DNA of 64,000 nucleotides, taken from NCBI GenBank assembly GCA_963848885.1, contig CAWKFR010000009.1:25074-89073 (forward strand), given 5' to 3'. Source of the stretch: an uncultured Thermoleophilaceae bacterium (GTDB lineage: Bacteria; Actinomycetota; Thermoleophilia; Solirubrobacterales; Thermoleophilaceae). The position numbers were made by a program, and so were the translations under genes. The notes under the pieces were generated by a model that saw only the letters and a list, made by a program, of their open reading frames with translations, ran no database searches and was not told the DNA's origin. This document shows positions 1 to 8,912 of the stretch, piece after piece; position 1 is the stretch's first letter; each line of letters starts with the position of its first letter.

Positions 1-124
1 GACCTCCAGGAGACCCGGCAGCGAGGCAGGCGCACACGCGTCGAGCAGCGCAGCAGGACCCAGCACGGCGACGCGCGGCACTGCCGCAGGATACCCCCGA
101 GGCCGGAGGTAGGCTCAGCCCCCG

Positions 125-1312
125 ATGGCCCTCAGCATCTGTTTCGCCGCCGGCGCCCTCGGGCCGTCCGGTGGCGTGCGGGCGATCCTGCGGCACGCGA
201 CCGCGCTCGCCCGGGATCACGGCATGGACGTGTCGCTAGCCGTCGACTCGCCGCAGGGCGCCGACGCCGCCGGGCTGCCGCTGCTGACCTTCGAGCAGGC
301 GCAGGACCGGAGCTTCGACGTGGCGATCGCGACCTGGTGGCGCACCGCCTACTCGAACATGCGCGTGCCGGCCCGCCGCCACGCCTACTTCGTCCAGCAG
401 CTCGAGGACCGGCTCTACCGGGACGGCGACGTCGAGCGTTTCGGGGCCGCGCTGACCCACGACCTGCCCGTGTACTTCCTCAGCGAGGCTCGCTGGATCG
501 CCGAGTCGCTCGAGGAGCTGCACGGCGGGGCGGCCTGCCTGCACGTCCCGAACGGGATCGACAAGGACCTGTTCGTCCCGCCCCGGCAGCGCGATCCGGC
601 CGCGACGCTGCGCGTGCTCGTGGAGGGCAGCCCGCAGCTCTGGTACAAGGGCATCGCCGAGGCGGTCGAGGTGCTGCGCCGGGTCGAGGCCCCGCTCGAG
701 ACGACGCTCGTGACCCCCGAGCCGCCGCCGCCCGAGATCGCCGCCGCGTTCGACCGCGTCGCGGGCCCGCTCGAGCACGCAGCCATGGCGGACGTCTACG
801 CATCCAACGACGTCCTGCTCAAGCTGTCTCGCGTCGAGGGCGTGTTCACGCCGCCGCTCGAGGCCTTCCACACGGGCGCCACCTGCGTCGTCTGGCCGGT
901 GACGGGGCACGACGAGTTCGTCGAGCACGGCCGCAACGGGGTCGTGTGCGACTTCGACGACATCGCGGGGACCGCGCGCTGGCTCGAGCTGCTCGCCCGC
1001 GACCGCGCGCTGCTCGACCGGCTGCGCGCGGGAGCGCTCGAGACCGCGGCCGGCTGGCCCTCCTGGGAGGACGCCTCGGCCCGCTTCGCCGAAGCGCTGC
1101 GGAGCATCGCCGCGGCGGACGCGCCGCCGCCCTTCGACGCCGCCGGGCTGCTCGGAGACGTGGAGGCCGCCATGGCGGAGCAGCGCATGGCGCAGCGGCG
1201 GCTGTTGCGGCAGGCTCAGGCCGCCGAGCGCCGCGTCGAGCGGCTCGAGTCCACGCCGGCGTTTCGCGCCCAGGCGCGCGCGAGGCGACTGCTAGCTTCC
1301 CTTCGCCGTTGA
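125..1312 (+). CDS. Glycosyltransferase, GT-B fold (GT4/Glycos_transf_1-like) with C-terminal coiled-coil tail
   Basis: 395-aa ORF with GC-rich third positions. GT1/GT4 core: LKLSRVEGVFTPPLEAFHTGATCVVWPVTGHDEFVEHGRNGVVCD. The last ~60 aa are Ala/Arg/Gln-rich helical (EAAMAEQRMAQRRLLRQAQAAERRVERLE). Stop TGA at 1310-1312. Confidence 0.8.
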   Translation: MALSICFAAGALGPSGGVRAILRHATALARDHGMDVSLAVDSPQGADAAGLPLLTFEQAQDRSFDVAIATWWRTAYSNMRVPARRHAYFVQQLEDRLYRDGDVERFGAALTHDLPVYFLSEARWIAESLEELHGGAACLHVPNGIDKDLFVPPRQRDPAATLRVLVEGSPQLWYKGIAEAVEVLRRVEAPLETTLVTPEPPPPEIAAAFDRVAGPLEHAAMADVYASNDVLLKLSRVEGVFTPPLEAFHTGATCVVWPVTGHDEFVEHGRNGVVCDFDDIAGTARWLELLARDRALLDRLRAGALETAAGWPSWEDASARFAEALRSIAAADAPPPFDAAGLLGDVEAAMAEQRMAQRRLLRQAQAAERRVERLESTPAFRAQARARRLLASLRR

Positions 1313-1332
1313 GCGCTACCGTCCCACACACG

Positions 1333-2550
1333 GTGGATCGACGCGCGAGCCGGCTCGCCGGCGCGTCCCGAGCTGTCTCCGTGCACGGCGTCAGCAAGAC
1401 GTTCCGGCTGCCGCACCAGCGCTACAGCACGCTCAAGGAGCGGGCCCTCCACCCCTTCAGCGCCAACCGCTACGACGAGCTCGAAGCCCTGCGCGACGTC
1501 AGCTTCGACGTGAAGCGGGGCGAGTTCTTCGGCGTGGTCGGCCGCAACGGCAGCGGCAAGAGCACGCTGCTCAAGTGCGTCGCGGGCATCTTCGCCCTCG
1601 ACGAGGGCACGATCGACATCGACGGGCGGCTGTCGCCGTTCATCGAGCTCGGGGTCGGCTTCAACCCCGACCTGACGGCCCGCGACAACGTGATCATCAA
1701 CGCGATCATGCTGGGCCTGACACGGCGCGAGGCCCAGGCTCGCTTCGACGCGATCATCGACTTCGCCGGGCTCCAGGATTTCGTCGACCTGAAGCTGAAG
1801 AACTACTCGTCGGGGATGAGCGTGCGGCTCGGCTTCTCGGTGGCGATCCAGGTCGACGCCGACGTGCTGCTCGTCGACGAGGTGCTCGCCGTCGGCGACG
1901 CCTCCTTCCAGCGCAAGTGCTTCGAGCAGTTCGACCGGATGAAGGCGGAGGGCCGGACGATCGTGTTCGTGACGCACGACATGGGCAGCGTCGAGCGCTT
2001 CTGCGACCGCGGCCTGGTGCTGGAGCGCGGCCGGATCGTCGACCTGGGCGAGCCCGAGGCGATCACGCGCACGTACTCCGAGCTCAACTTCGGCGACCCG
2101 GCCGGTGACGACCGCGGCCGTACTCCGGTCCGCGTCGCCGCCGCGTGGTGCGAGTCTCCGGGCGGCGAGCGGATCGTGACCGCCACGCGCAACGATCCGG
2201 TCGTCGCGTGCTTCGAGATCGAGGTCCTCGAGTCTCTGCGCGACGCCGCCTTCGGCATCATCTTCCGCAACGACGCGCGCCACACCATCTTCGTGCCGAC
2301 CACCGAGATGACCGACGCGCCGACCGGCTCCTTCGAGGCCGGCGACCGGGTGACGGTTCGCTTCGCGTTCGTCAACCACCTCGCGCCGAGCCGCTACACG
2401 CTGACGCCCTGCGTCGGGCCCGGCGGCGGCGGCTTCGGCACCCACGACGCCTATGGCCGCGGCGACGACCTGGCCGCGCTCGCGGTCACCGGCCCCGTTA
2501 CGGGCGGCGTCGTCGACCTGCCGCTGGACGTCAGGATCGAGCGCGCATGA
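1333..2550 (+). CDS. wzt: Polysaccharide ABC exporter ATP-binding protein (Wzt/TagH-like) with C-terminal Wzt_C-like extension
   Basis: In-frame 3' part of track ORF 337..2550. Walker A GRNGSGKST, signature YSSGMSVRLGFS, Walker B LLVDEVLAVGD, H-loop FVTHD. A ~150-aa extension follows the NBD (RVAAAWCESPGGERIV...RVTVRFAFVNHLAPSRYTLTP). Start placed at GTG 1333; GTG 1381 is also possible. The upstream part of the track ORF is Arg/Ala-rich read-through across the previous gene. Confidence 0.85.
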   Translation: MDRRASRLAGASRAVSVHGVSKTFRLPHQRYSTLKERALHPFSANRYDELEALRDVSFDVKRGEFFGVVGRNGSGKSTLLKCVAGIFALDEGTIDIDGRLSPFIELGVGFNPDLTARDNVIINAIMLGLTRREAQARFDAIIDFAGLQDFVDLKLKNYSSGMSVRLGFSVAIQVDADVLLVDEVLAVGDASFQRKCFEQFDRMKAEGRTIVFVTHDMGSVERFCDRGLVLERGRIVDLGEPEAITRTYSELNFGDPAGDDRGRTPVRVAAAWCESPGGERIVTATRNDPVVACFEIEVLESLRDAAFGIIFRNDARHTIFVPTTEMTDAPTGSFEAGDRVTVRFAFVNHLAPSRYTLTPCVGPGGGGFGTHDAYGRGDDLAALAVTGPVTGGVVDLPLDVRIERA

Positions 2551-3389
2551 AGGAGGCCGCGGTCACGACGCGCTACCGCGGTCCCTCGGCGCTCGGCGAA
2601 GGGGTGCGCCGCTTCGCGAGCCTGACCTTCATGCTCGCCGCGACGGACTTCAAGCTGCGGTGGTTCGGCTCGGCGCTCGGCTACCTCTGGACGCTGATGA
2701 AGCCCCTGCTGCTGTTCGGCGTGCTCTACGTGGTGTTCACGGAGGTCGTCAAGTTCGGCGAGGGCGTCAAGAACTACCCCGTCTACCTGCTCTGCGCGAT
2801 CGTGCTGTTCACCTACTTCGGCGAGACGACCAGCCGCGGCGTCACCTCGCTGGTGGACCGCGACAACCTGCTGCGCAAGATCCGCTTCCCGCGGCTGGTG
2901 ATCCCGCTCGCGGTGGCGCTGCATTCCCTGTTCAACCTCGGGCTCAACATGGTCGCCGTGTTCGTCTTCGTCGTGGCCGCCGGGATCGAGCCGAACATCG
3001 ACTGGCTCCAGCTGCCGCTGCTGGTCGGGATGATCGTGGTGCTCGCCACCGGGGTGACGATGATGCTGTCGGCCCTGTACGTCCGCTTCCGCGACGTGGA
3101 GCCGATCTGGGAGGTGGCGCTGCAGCTGCTCTTCTACGCGTCGCCGGTGATCTACGTGGTCACGACGATCCCGAACCCCGACCTGCAGCGCCTCGCGGTG
3201 ATGAACCCGATCGGCGCGATCCTCACCCAGATGCGCCACGCGCTCGTGGACCCCTCGGCGCCGACGGCCACCACCGTCCTGGGCGGCTGGCAGTGGCTCG
3301 CCGTGCCCACCGGCATCGTCGTCGCCGTGTTCTGCCTGGGCTGGTGGGTGTTCATGCGCGAGGCGCCCCGAATCGCGGAGAACCTCTGA
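2547..3389 (+). CDS. wzm: ABC-2 type polysaccharide exporter permease (Wzm/TagG-like)
   Basis: ATG 2547 overlaps the wzt stop (ATGA). Typical ABC-2 N-terminus (FMLAATDFKLRWFGSALGYLWTLMKPLLLFGVLYVVF) and multiple hydrophobic spans. Confidence 0.88.
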   Translation: MKEAAVTTRYRGPSALGEGVRRFASLTFMLAATDFKLRWFGSALGYLWTLMKPLLLFGVLYVVFTEVVKFGEGVKNYPVYLLCAIVLFTYFGETTSRGVTSLVDRDNLLRKIRFPRLVIPLAVALHSLFNLGLNMVAVFVFVVAAGIEPNIDWLQLPLLVGMIVVLATGVTMMLSALYVRFRDVEPIWEVALQLLFYASPVIYVVTTIPNPDLQRLAVMNPIGAILTQMRHALVDPSAPTATTVLGGWQWLAVPTGIVVAVFCLGWWVFMREAPRIAENL

Positions 3390-3733
3390 GCACCGACCCG
3401 GACATCGACTGGCGCGCCCGCGCCGAGGCGCTCGAGGCCGAGCTCGCCGAGCGCACCGCTCGCGCCAACGAGGCGCTCGCCGAGGCCCAGCGCCGCACCT
3501 ACTGGCTCGATCGCCTGCACATCGACCTCAACGCCCTGATGGCGCGCCGGGGCGCGCGGTCGCTCGTGGCGCTGCTGCCGCTCGCGCGCGAGGTGTACCG
3601 CTCCGGCTTCCACGCGCGCCAGAGCGGGCGCAGGCTGAGCGGCTGGCTGCGCTCGACCCGGGCCGAGACCCGCCAGGACGCCGCCCGCGCGCGCAGCCTG
3701 GACGACGAGGGCGACCAGCAGCGGCGCTCGTAG
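3386..3733 (+). CDS. Small coiled-coil protein, function unknown (start codon uncertain)
   Basis: Frame of track ORF 2453..3733. From 3389 onward nearly every codon ends in G/C, a strong coding signature. Predicted helical sequence: DWRARAEALEAELAERTARANEALAEAQRRTYWLDRLHIDLNAL. No ATG/GTG/TTG lies near the 5' end; CTG 3386 overlaps the wzm stop (CTGA), and the first ATG is at about 3539. Confidence 0.45.
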   Translation: MSTDPDIDWRARAEALEAELAERTARANEALAEAQRRTYWLDRLHIDLNALMARRGARSLVALLPLAREVYRSGFHARQSGRRLSGWLRSTRAETRQDAARARSLDDEGDQQRRS

Positions 3734-3735
3734 CC

Positions 3736-5793
3736 ATGACCGAGCTGTCCGTAGTGATCCCTGTCAAGGACGGCGAGCGCTACCTGCGCGCGCTGCTCGC
3801 GGCGGTCGAGCGCGAGGCGCCCGAGGCGGAGGTGCTGGTGCTCGACTCCGGCTCGAGCGACGGCTCCGCGCGGATCGCGCGCGGAGCGGGCGTGCGTGTC
3901 GTGGACGTCGACCCGGCGGAGTTCGGCCACGGCCGCACCCGCAACCTCGGCGCGGAGCTGACCTCGGGTGACCTGGTCTGCTTTTTGACCCAGGACGCCG
4001 AGCCGCTGCCGGGCTGGCTGGAGGCGTACCGCGAGGCCTTCGCGCTCGCCCCGGAGGTCGGCGTCGCGTTCGGCCCGCACCGCCCCAGGCCCACGACGAG
4101 CCCGATGATCGCTCGCGAGCTCGACGAGTTCTTCGCGGGCTTCTCGCCGAACGGCGCGCCGGTCGTGATGGGACCGGCCGACCCGCACTTCCTCTCGAAC
4201 GTGAACGCCTGCTACCGCCGCGCCTGCTGGCAGGAGATCCGCTTCGCCGACGTCGACTACGCCGAGGACCAGGCGTTCGGCAAGGCGCTCCAAAGCTCCC
4301 GCTGGCGCAAGGTCTACCACCCGGGCGCGGCGGTGCTCCACGCGCACGACTACGGGCCCGTCGAGTTCATGCGGCGCTACTTCGACGAGTACCGCGGCCT
4401 GCGCCGGACCACTGGCCACGTGGAGCCGGTCGACCTGCGCGGCGTGGTCGCCCAGACCCGCGCCGACGAGCGCTGGATGCGAGAGCGCGGCTGGCCGCTG
4501 CCGCGCCGCGCGGCCTGGACGGGGCGCGCCGCCGGGCACCACGCAGGCCGGCGCGTCTTCGCGGCGCTCGGCTCACGCTCCGAGCGGCTGCCCGCGCGGC
4601 TGCAGCGGGCGCTGTCGCTCGAGCGCACCGCGCCGTCGCAGAGCGCGGCGCGCACCGTGCCGCCCGAGCACGAGGACATCCTGCGCGTGCGGCGCGAGGG
4701 ACCGAGCGCGCTGCTCGACGTCGCCCCGGGGGCGTCCGAGCGCGAGAGCCTGCATTTCGCCTTCGTCGTGCCGCCCTTCGGGCGCGGCAGCGGCGGCCAC
4801 GCCGCGATCTTCACGCTCGAGGCCGGGCTCGAGCAGCTCGGCCACACCTGCTCGACCTGGGTCCACGACCCGGGCGCCAAGCTCGGCCGCGCTGGGTCGG
4901 CGCTGCTGCGCCAGCGCGCGCTCGACTGGTTCGCGCCGATGCGCGGGCCGGTCACGCGCGGCTTCGACGGCTGGCAGGGAGCGGACGTCGTGGTCGCCAC
5001 CGGCTGGGAGACCGTCTACCCGGCGCTGGTGCTGCCCGGCTGCCACGCGCGCGCCTACCTCGTGCACGACCACGAGCCCGAGTTCTTCGCGACCTCGGCC
5101 GAGCGCCAGTGGGCCGAGGACACCTACCGGTTCGGGCTCTACCCGGTGTGCGGCGGACGCTGGCTGCGCGACCTGCTCGCCGAGCGCTACGGGGCGCGCG
5201 GCAGCTGGTATCGCTTCGGCGTCGACTCCGACGTCTACCGCCCGCTGGCCGAGGAGCGCGACCGCGACACGGTGGTCTTCTACGCGCGTGCCGGGACCGC
5301 GCGGCGCGCCGTCCCGCTCGGCTTCCTCGCGCTCGAGGAGCTCGTGCGCCGCCGGCCGCGCACCGAGGTCGTCACGTTCGGCCAGGACGAGCCGGCCCGG
5401 ACGACGCTCGAGCACACGTCGCTCGGCGTCGCGCCGCCGAGCACGCTGGCCGCGACCTACTCCAGCGCCACGGCCGGCCTCTGCCTCTCGCTCACCAACT
5501 ACTCCCTGATCCCGCAGGAGATGATGGCCTGCGGGCTCCCCTCCGTGGACGTCGCCGGCCGCAGCGGCGAGGCCGAGTTCGGACGCGACGGCGGCGTCGA
5601 GTTCGCGGCGGCCGACCCGCTCGCCCTCGCGGACGCGCTGCAGGCGCTGCTGGAGGACCGGGAGCTGTGGACGCGGCGCTCCGAGGCGGGGCTGCGCTTC
5701 GTGCGCGACTCGACCTGGGCCGCCGCCACCCGTCAGGTCGAGGACGGCCTGCGCGAGGCCCTGCGCCGGCGCGAGGCCGGGGGCGCGGGGTGA
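3736..5793 (+). CDS. Two-domain glycosyltransferase (N-terminal GT2/GT-A, C-terminal GT4/GT-B)
   Basis: 685-aa ORF. N-terminal part: SVVIPVKDGERYL...VLVLDSGSSDGS...FLTQDAEP (GT-A DxD-type). C-terminal part: FAFVVPPFGRGSGGHAAIF...YSLIPQEMMACGLPSVDV (GT-B Glycos_transf_1-like). Confidence 0.8.
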   Translation: MTELSVVIPVKDGERYLRALLAAVEREAPEAEVLVLDSGSSDGSARIARGAGVRVVDVDPAEFGHGRTRNLGAELTSGDLVCFLTQDAEPLPGWLEAYREAFALAPEVGVAFGPHRPRPTTSPMIARELDEFFAGFSPNGAPVVMGPADPHFLSNVNACYRRACWQEIRFADVDYAEDQAFGKALQSSRWRKVYHPGAAVLHAHDYGPVEFMRRYFDEYRGLRRTTGHVEPVDLRGVVAQTRADERWMRERGWPLPRRAAWTGRAAGHHAGRRVFAALGSRSERLPARLQRALSLERTAPSQSAARTVPPEHEDILRVRREGPSALLDVAPGASERESLHFAFVVPPFGRGSGGHAAIFTLEAGLEQLGHTCSTWVHDPGAKLGRAGSALLRQRALDWFAPMRGPVTRGFDGWQGADVVVATGWETVYPALVLPGCHARAYLVHDHEPEFFATSAERQWAEDTYRFGLYPVCGGRWLRDLLAERYGARGSWYRFGVDSDVYRPLAEERDRDTVVFYARAGTARRAVPLGFLALEELVRRRPRTEVVTFGQDEPARTTLEHTSLGVAPPSTLAATYSSATAGLCLSLTNYSLIPQEMMACGLPSVDVAGRSGEAEFGRDGGVEFAAADPLALADALQALLEDRELWTRRSEAGLRFVRDSTWAAATRQVEDGLREALRRREAGGAG

Positions 5794-7241
5794 CGCAGCG
5801 CCGCCCGCCGGCGCCGCTGCTGTTCCTGCTCGCCGCCACACTGCTGATCGGGATCGTCTGGACCTTCGTGCTGCCGCCCTTCCAGGCGCCGGACGAGCCC
5901 GCCCACGTCGCGTACGTGCAGTCGATCGCCGAGCGCGGCGCGCTGCCGGGGGCGGCCGGCCGCCCGAGCGCCTCGACCGAGCAGCTGGACGGCGCCGTGG
6001 CCGCCAACTCCGACCAGACGGCCGCCATCCGCGCGACCAAGCCGACCTGGAGCAGCGACGCCTACGAGCGCTGGCGCCGCCACGAGGCCGATCTGCCCGC
6101 CTCGGCCCGCAGCGACGGCGGCGGCCCCAACTTCGCGAGCTCCAACCCGCCCCTCTACTACGTCTGGAGCGTGCTGCCCTACTGGCTGGCGAGTGGCGGC
6201 GACCTGTTCGCACGCGTCAGCGCCATGCGGATCGGGTCGGTCCTGTTCCTGCTCGTCACGGTCGCCGCGACGTGGCTGCTGACCGGAACGGTCCTCGGCC
6301 CTCGCCGCGACCTCCAGCTCGCCGCGGCCGCCGTGCCGGCGCTGCTGCCGATGGTCGACTTCATCTCGGCCTCGGTGTCGCCGGACTCGCTGCTGTACGC
6401 GCTCTGGACGGTCGGCCTGTGGCTCGGCGCGCGTGTGCTGCGCGGGCGCGGCGGACCGGTCGACCTGGTCGCGCTGATCGCGGTGGCGGGCATGGCGATC
6501 GCCACCAAGGCGACCAGCTACGCGTTCGCGGTGCCGGTGGCGTTCGTGCTCGGGGTCGAGCTCTGGCGCCTGCGCCACCGCCGCCGCCTGGCGCTGGCCG
6601 TGACGGCGGGCGCGGTGGCGGCGGTCGTGCTCACCGCCGGTGCCTGGTTCGCGGTCGCGGGCAGCTCGGACCGCCCCGCCGCGGCGCAGCTCACGGACGC
6701 GATCGACGTCCCGGCAGGAGGAAGCGTGTCCGGGCTCGCCAGCTACACCTGGCAGTTCTACCTGCCGCGGCTGCCCTTCCAGCAGGCGTTCGGCGGCAAC
6801 AAATGGCCGCCGCCCGTGTGGGACCTCTGGATCACGCACAGCTGGGGGGCGTTCGGCTGGCTCGAGATCCAGTGGCCCCAGCCCGTCTACTGGGTGCTGG
6901 CGCTGCTCGCGGCCGGGGTCGCGGTCGCGGCCGTGCGCGTGCTGATCCGGCGGCGCGCGCGCGTCGACCGCACGCTGCTGGCGTTCTTCTCCATCGCCGC
7001 GCTCGCGCTGCTCGCCGGGCTGCACTGGAACGAGTACAAGCTCGCCACAGAGCAGGGCGCGCTCGTCAACCAGGGCCGCTACCTGTTCCCGCTGATCGGG
7101 CTGGCGGGGCTCACCACCGCCACGGCGCTGTACCCGCTCGCCGCGCGCGCCCGCGCCACCGCGCTCGGGCTGCTCGTCGGCGGGCTGGCCGTCCTCGACC
7201 TGTTTGCGATCGCGCTGGTCGCGACCCGGTTCTATGCCTAG
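5790..7241 (+). CDS. Polytopic membrane protein, DUF2142-like (candidate GT-C fold glycosyltransferase)
   Basis: GTG 5790 overlaps the upstream stop (GTGA). After TM1 comes the loop FQAPDEPAHVAYVQ, then at least 9 hydrophobic spans. The DUF2142 assignment is from memory and needs an HMM check. Confidence 0.7.
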   Translation: MTQRRPPAPLLFLLAATLLIGIVWTFVLPPFQAPDEPAHVAYVQSIAERGALPGAAGRPSASTEQLDGAVAANSDQTAAIRATKPTWSSDAYERWRRHEADLPASARSDGGGPNFASSNPPLYYVWSVLPYWLASGGDLFARVSAMRIGSVLFLLVTVAATWLLTGTVLGPRRDLQLAAAAVPALLPMVDFISASVSPDSLLYALWTVGLWLGARVLRGRGGPVDLVALIAVAGMAIATKATSYAFAVPVAFVLGVELWRLRHRRRLALAVTAGAVAAVVLTAGAWFAVAGSSDRPAAAQLTDAIDVPAGGSVSGLASYTWQFYLPRLPFQQAFGGNKWPPPVWDLWITHSWGAFGWLEIQWPQPVYWVLALLAAGVAVAAVRVLIRRRARVDRTLLAFFSIAALALLAGLHWNEYKLATEQGALVNQGRYLFPLIGLAGLTTATALYPLAARARATALGLLVGGLAVLDLFAIALVATRFYA

Positions 7242-7923
7242 GGCGGCGCGCGTCTTCGCGCTGGTGTTCGCGGCCGGGCTGGCGGCCCTGCTGTGCGTCG
7301 GGCTGGTGGAGCGGCGCTCGGAGGCGTTCACGCTCGGCGTCAAGCCGGTCACGCCGCTCTACGCGCGCGGGGGCTCGACGGTCTGTCAGGGGCCGATCGA
7401 GGTGGTCGAGGACTTCTCCGCCGTGCGGCTCACGATCGGAGCGGCGGTCGTGTCGAGCCCGCCGGCGCGGGTCGAGGTGCTCGACGCCGCGACCGGCAGG
7501 CGGCTCGCGCGCGGGACGTTGCGCGCGGGCTACCCGTCAGAGGCTCAGCCGGTGCGCGTGGACCTCGCTCCGATCGCCGCCGGACGGCGGATCAGGGTCT
7601 GCCTCCACGTGACCGGCGACTCGGGCCTGCTCGTCTACGGCAACGCCGACGCCGCTGCCCGCGGGACCACGGCGACGCTCAACGGGCGCCCGCGCGAGCG
7701 CGACCTGGACATCGTCTTCCTGCGCGAGGACAAGACCAGCGTGCTGGCGCTGACGGGCGCGATCGCTCGCCGCGCCGCGCTCTTCCACGGCGGCTGGGTC
7801 GGCGCCTGGACGATCTGGCTGCTGGCCGGCCTCGCCGTGACCGGGTTTCCGGCGCTGCTCGGCCTGGCACTCCGGCGGGCGGACCCGCCAGGGGATCAGC
7901 CGACGGCTTCCGCGTCCGAGTAG
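7234..7923 (+). CDS. Hypothetical membrane-anchored protein
   Basis: ATG 7234 overlaps the upstream stop at 7241. N-terminal TM (VFALVFAAGLAALLCVGLV), a ~170-aa soluble region, and a C-terminal TM pair (WVGAWTIWLLAGLAVTGFPALLGLAL). No motif recognised. Confidence 0.55.
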   Translation: MPRAARVFALVFAAGLAALLCVGLVERRSEAFTLGVKPVTPLYARGGSTVCQGPIEVVEDFSAVRLTIGAAVVSSPPARVEVLDAATGRRLARGTLRAGYPSEAQPVRVDLAPIAAGRRIRVCLHVTGDSGLLVYGNADAAARGTTATLNGRPRERDLDIVFLREDKTSVLALTGAIARRAALFHGGWVGAWTIWLLAGLAVTGFPALLGLALRRADPPGDQPTASASE

Positions 7924-8912
7924 CTGGGCGCGGAGTCGAGCGAGCGCTGCAGCGTCTCCAGCACGCGGACCACGCGCAGGCCGCTCTCGCCGTCGGACAG
8001 CGGAGGGGTGCCGCCCGAGACCGACTCGACGAAGTGGCGGCACTCGACCCGCAGCGGCTCGTCGTTCGGGACGCTCGGGCTCCAGACGTCGCCCGACCGC
8101 GCGATGTACTCGCCGTAGTTCTCGAAGCGCTGGTCGAAGCCCTTGTCGTAGACGATCAGCTTCTGCTCGAGCGCCATGTCGTCGAAGGTCGCCATCCGGC
8201 GCGAGCCGACCACGGTGAAGCGGCGTTCCTTGTGCGGGTCCAGCCACGACAGGTGCAGGTGCGCGGCGAGGCCGGAGCGAAAGCGCAGGTAGCAGAACAC
8301 GACGTCCTCGACGTCCGCCCGCATGTAGGACTCGCCGAAGGCGTGGCAGGACACCGGCTCCTCCTCGGCCAGGCGGAGCACGACCGCGACGTCGTGGGCG
8401 CCGAGCGACCAGAGGGCGTTCTCGTCGGCGCGCAGCTTGCCGAGGTTGAGGCGGTTCCCGTAGATGTAGTGGACGTCGCCCAGCTCGCCCGAGTCGACCA
8501 GCTCCTTGAGCCGAACGAGGCCCGGGTGGTACTCGAGCAGGTGGCCGACCATCAGCGTGCGGTCGTTGCGCTTGGCCGCCGCGACGACCTCCTCGGCGTC
8601 GGCCACCGACTGGGCGAGCGGCTTCTCGACGAAGACGTGCTTGCCCGCGTCGAGCGCCCGGCAGGCGAGCGCGGCGTGCGTCGGCACGGGAGTCGCGAGC
8701 GCGACCGCGTCCACGTCCGGCGCCTCCAGCAGCTCGTCGAGCGACGCCGTCGTGCGCGCCGCGGGGAAGGACTGCCCGGCGCGCGCGAGCTGGTCCTCGG
8801 AGCCGTCGCAGATCCAGGTCAGCTCCGATCCGGGCAGCGCGGCGAAGTTGCGGGCGAGGTTGGGGCCCCAGTAGCCGAGCCCGACCACCCCGACCCGGAT
8901 CGGGGAGCTCAC
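7896..8912 (-). CDS. Gfo/Idh/MocA family NAD-dependent sugar-nucleotide oxidoreductase (WbpB-like)
   Basis: 338 aa. Rossmann N-terminus IRVGVVGLGYWGPNLARNF and the EKP motif in HVFVEKPLA. Translationally coupled to the upstream aminotransferase by a 4-nt overlap. Confidence 0.85.
   Translation of the reverse strand: MSSPIRVGVVGLGYWGPNLARNFAALPGSELTWICDGSEDQLARAGQSFPAARTTASLDELLEAPDVDAVALATPVPTHAALACRALDAGKHVFVEKPLAQSVADAEEVVAAAKRNDRTLMVGHLLEYHPGLVRLKELVDSGELGDVHYIYGNRLNLGKLRADENALWSLGAHDVAVVLRLAEEEPVSCHAFGESYMRADVEDVVFCYLRFRSGLAAHLHLSWLDPHKERRFTVVGSRRMATFDDMALEQKLIVYDKGFDQRFENYGEYIARSGDVWSPSVPNDEPLRVECRHFVESVSGGTPPLSDGESGLRVVRVLETLQRSLDSAPSYSDAEAVG

Noticed and set aside
337-1332. 5' two-fifths of track ORF 337..2550, which would give a 737-aa protein
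   Set aside because: This part overlaps the well-supported GT4 gene in another frame and translates to Arg/Ala/Pro/Gly repeats. The ABC ATPase homology begins only around 1380, so the gene was started at GTG 1333.
5733-7352. 539-aa minus-strand track ORF, plus similar antisense ORFs at 4573..6213, 36038..37051 and 39232..40263
   Set aside because: They are antisense to hydrophobic or motif-bearing plus-strand genes. Their translations are highly charged and low-complexity, with no recognisable domains.
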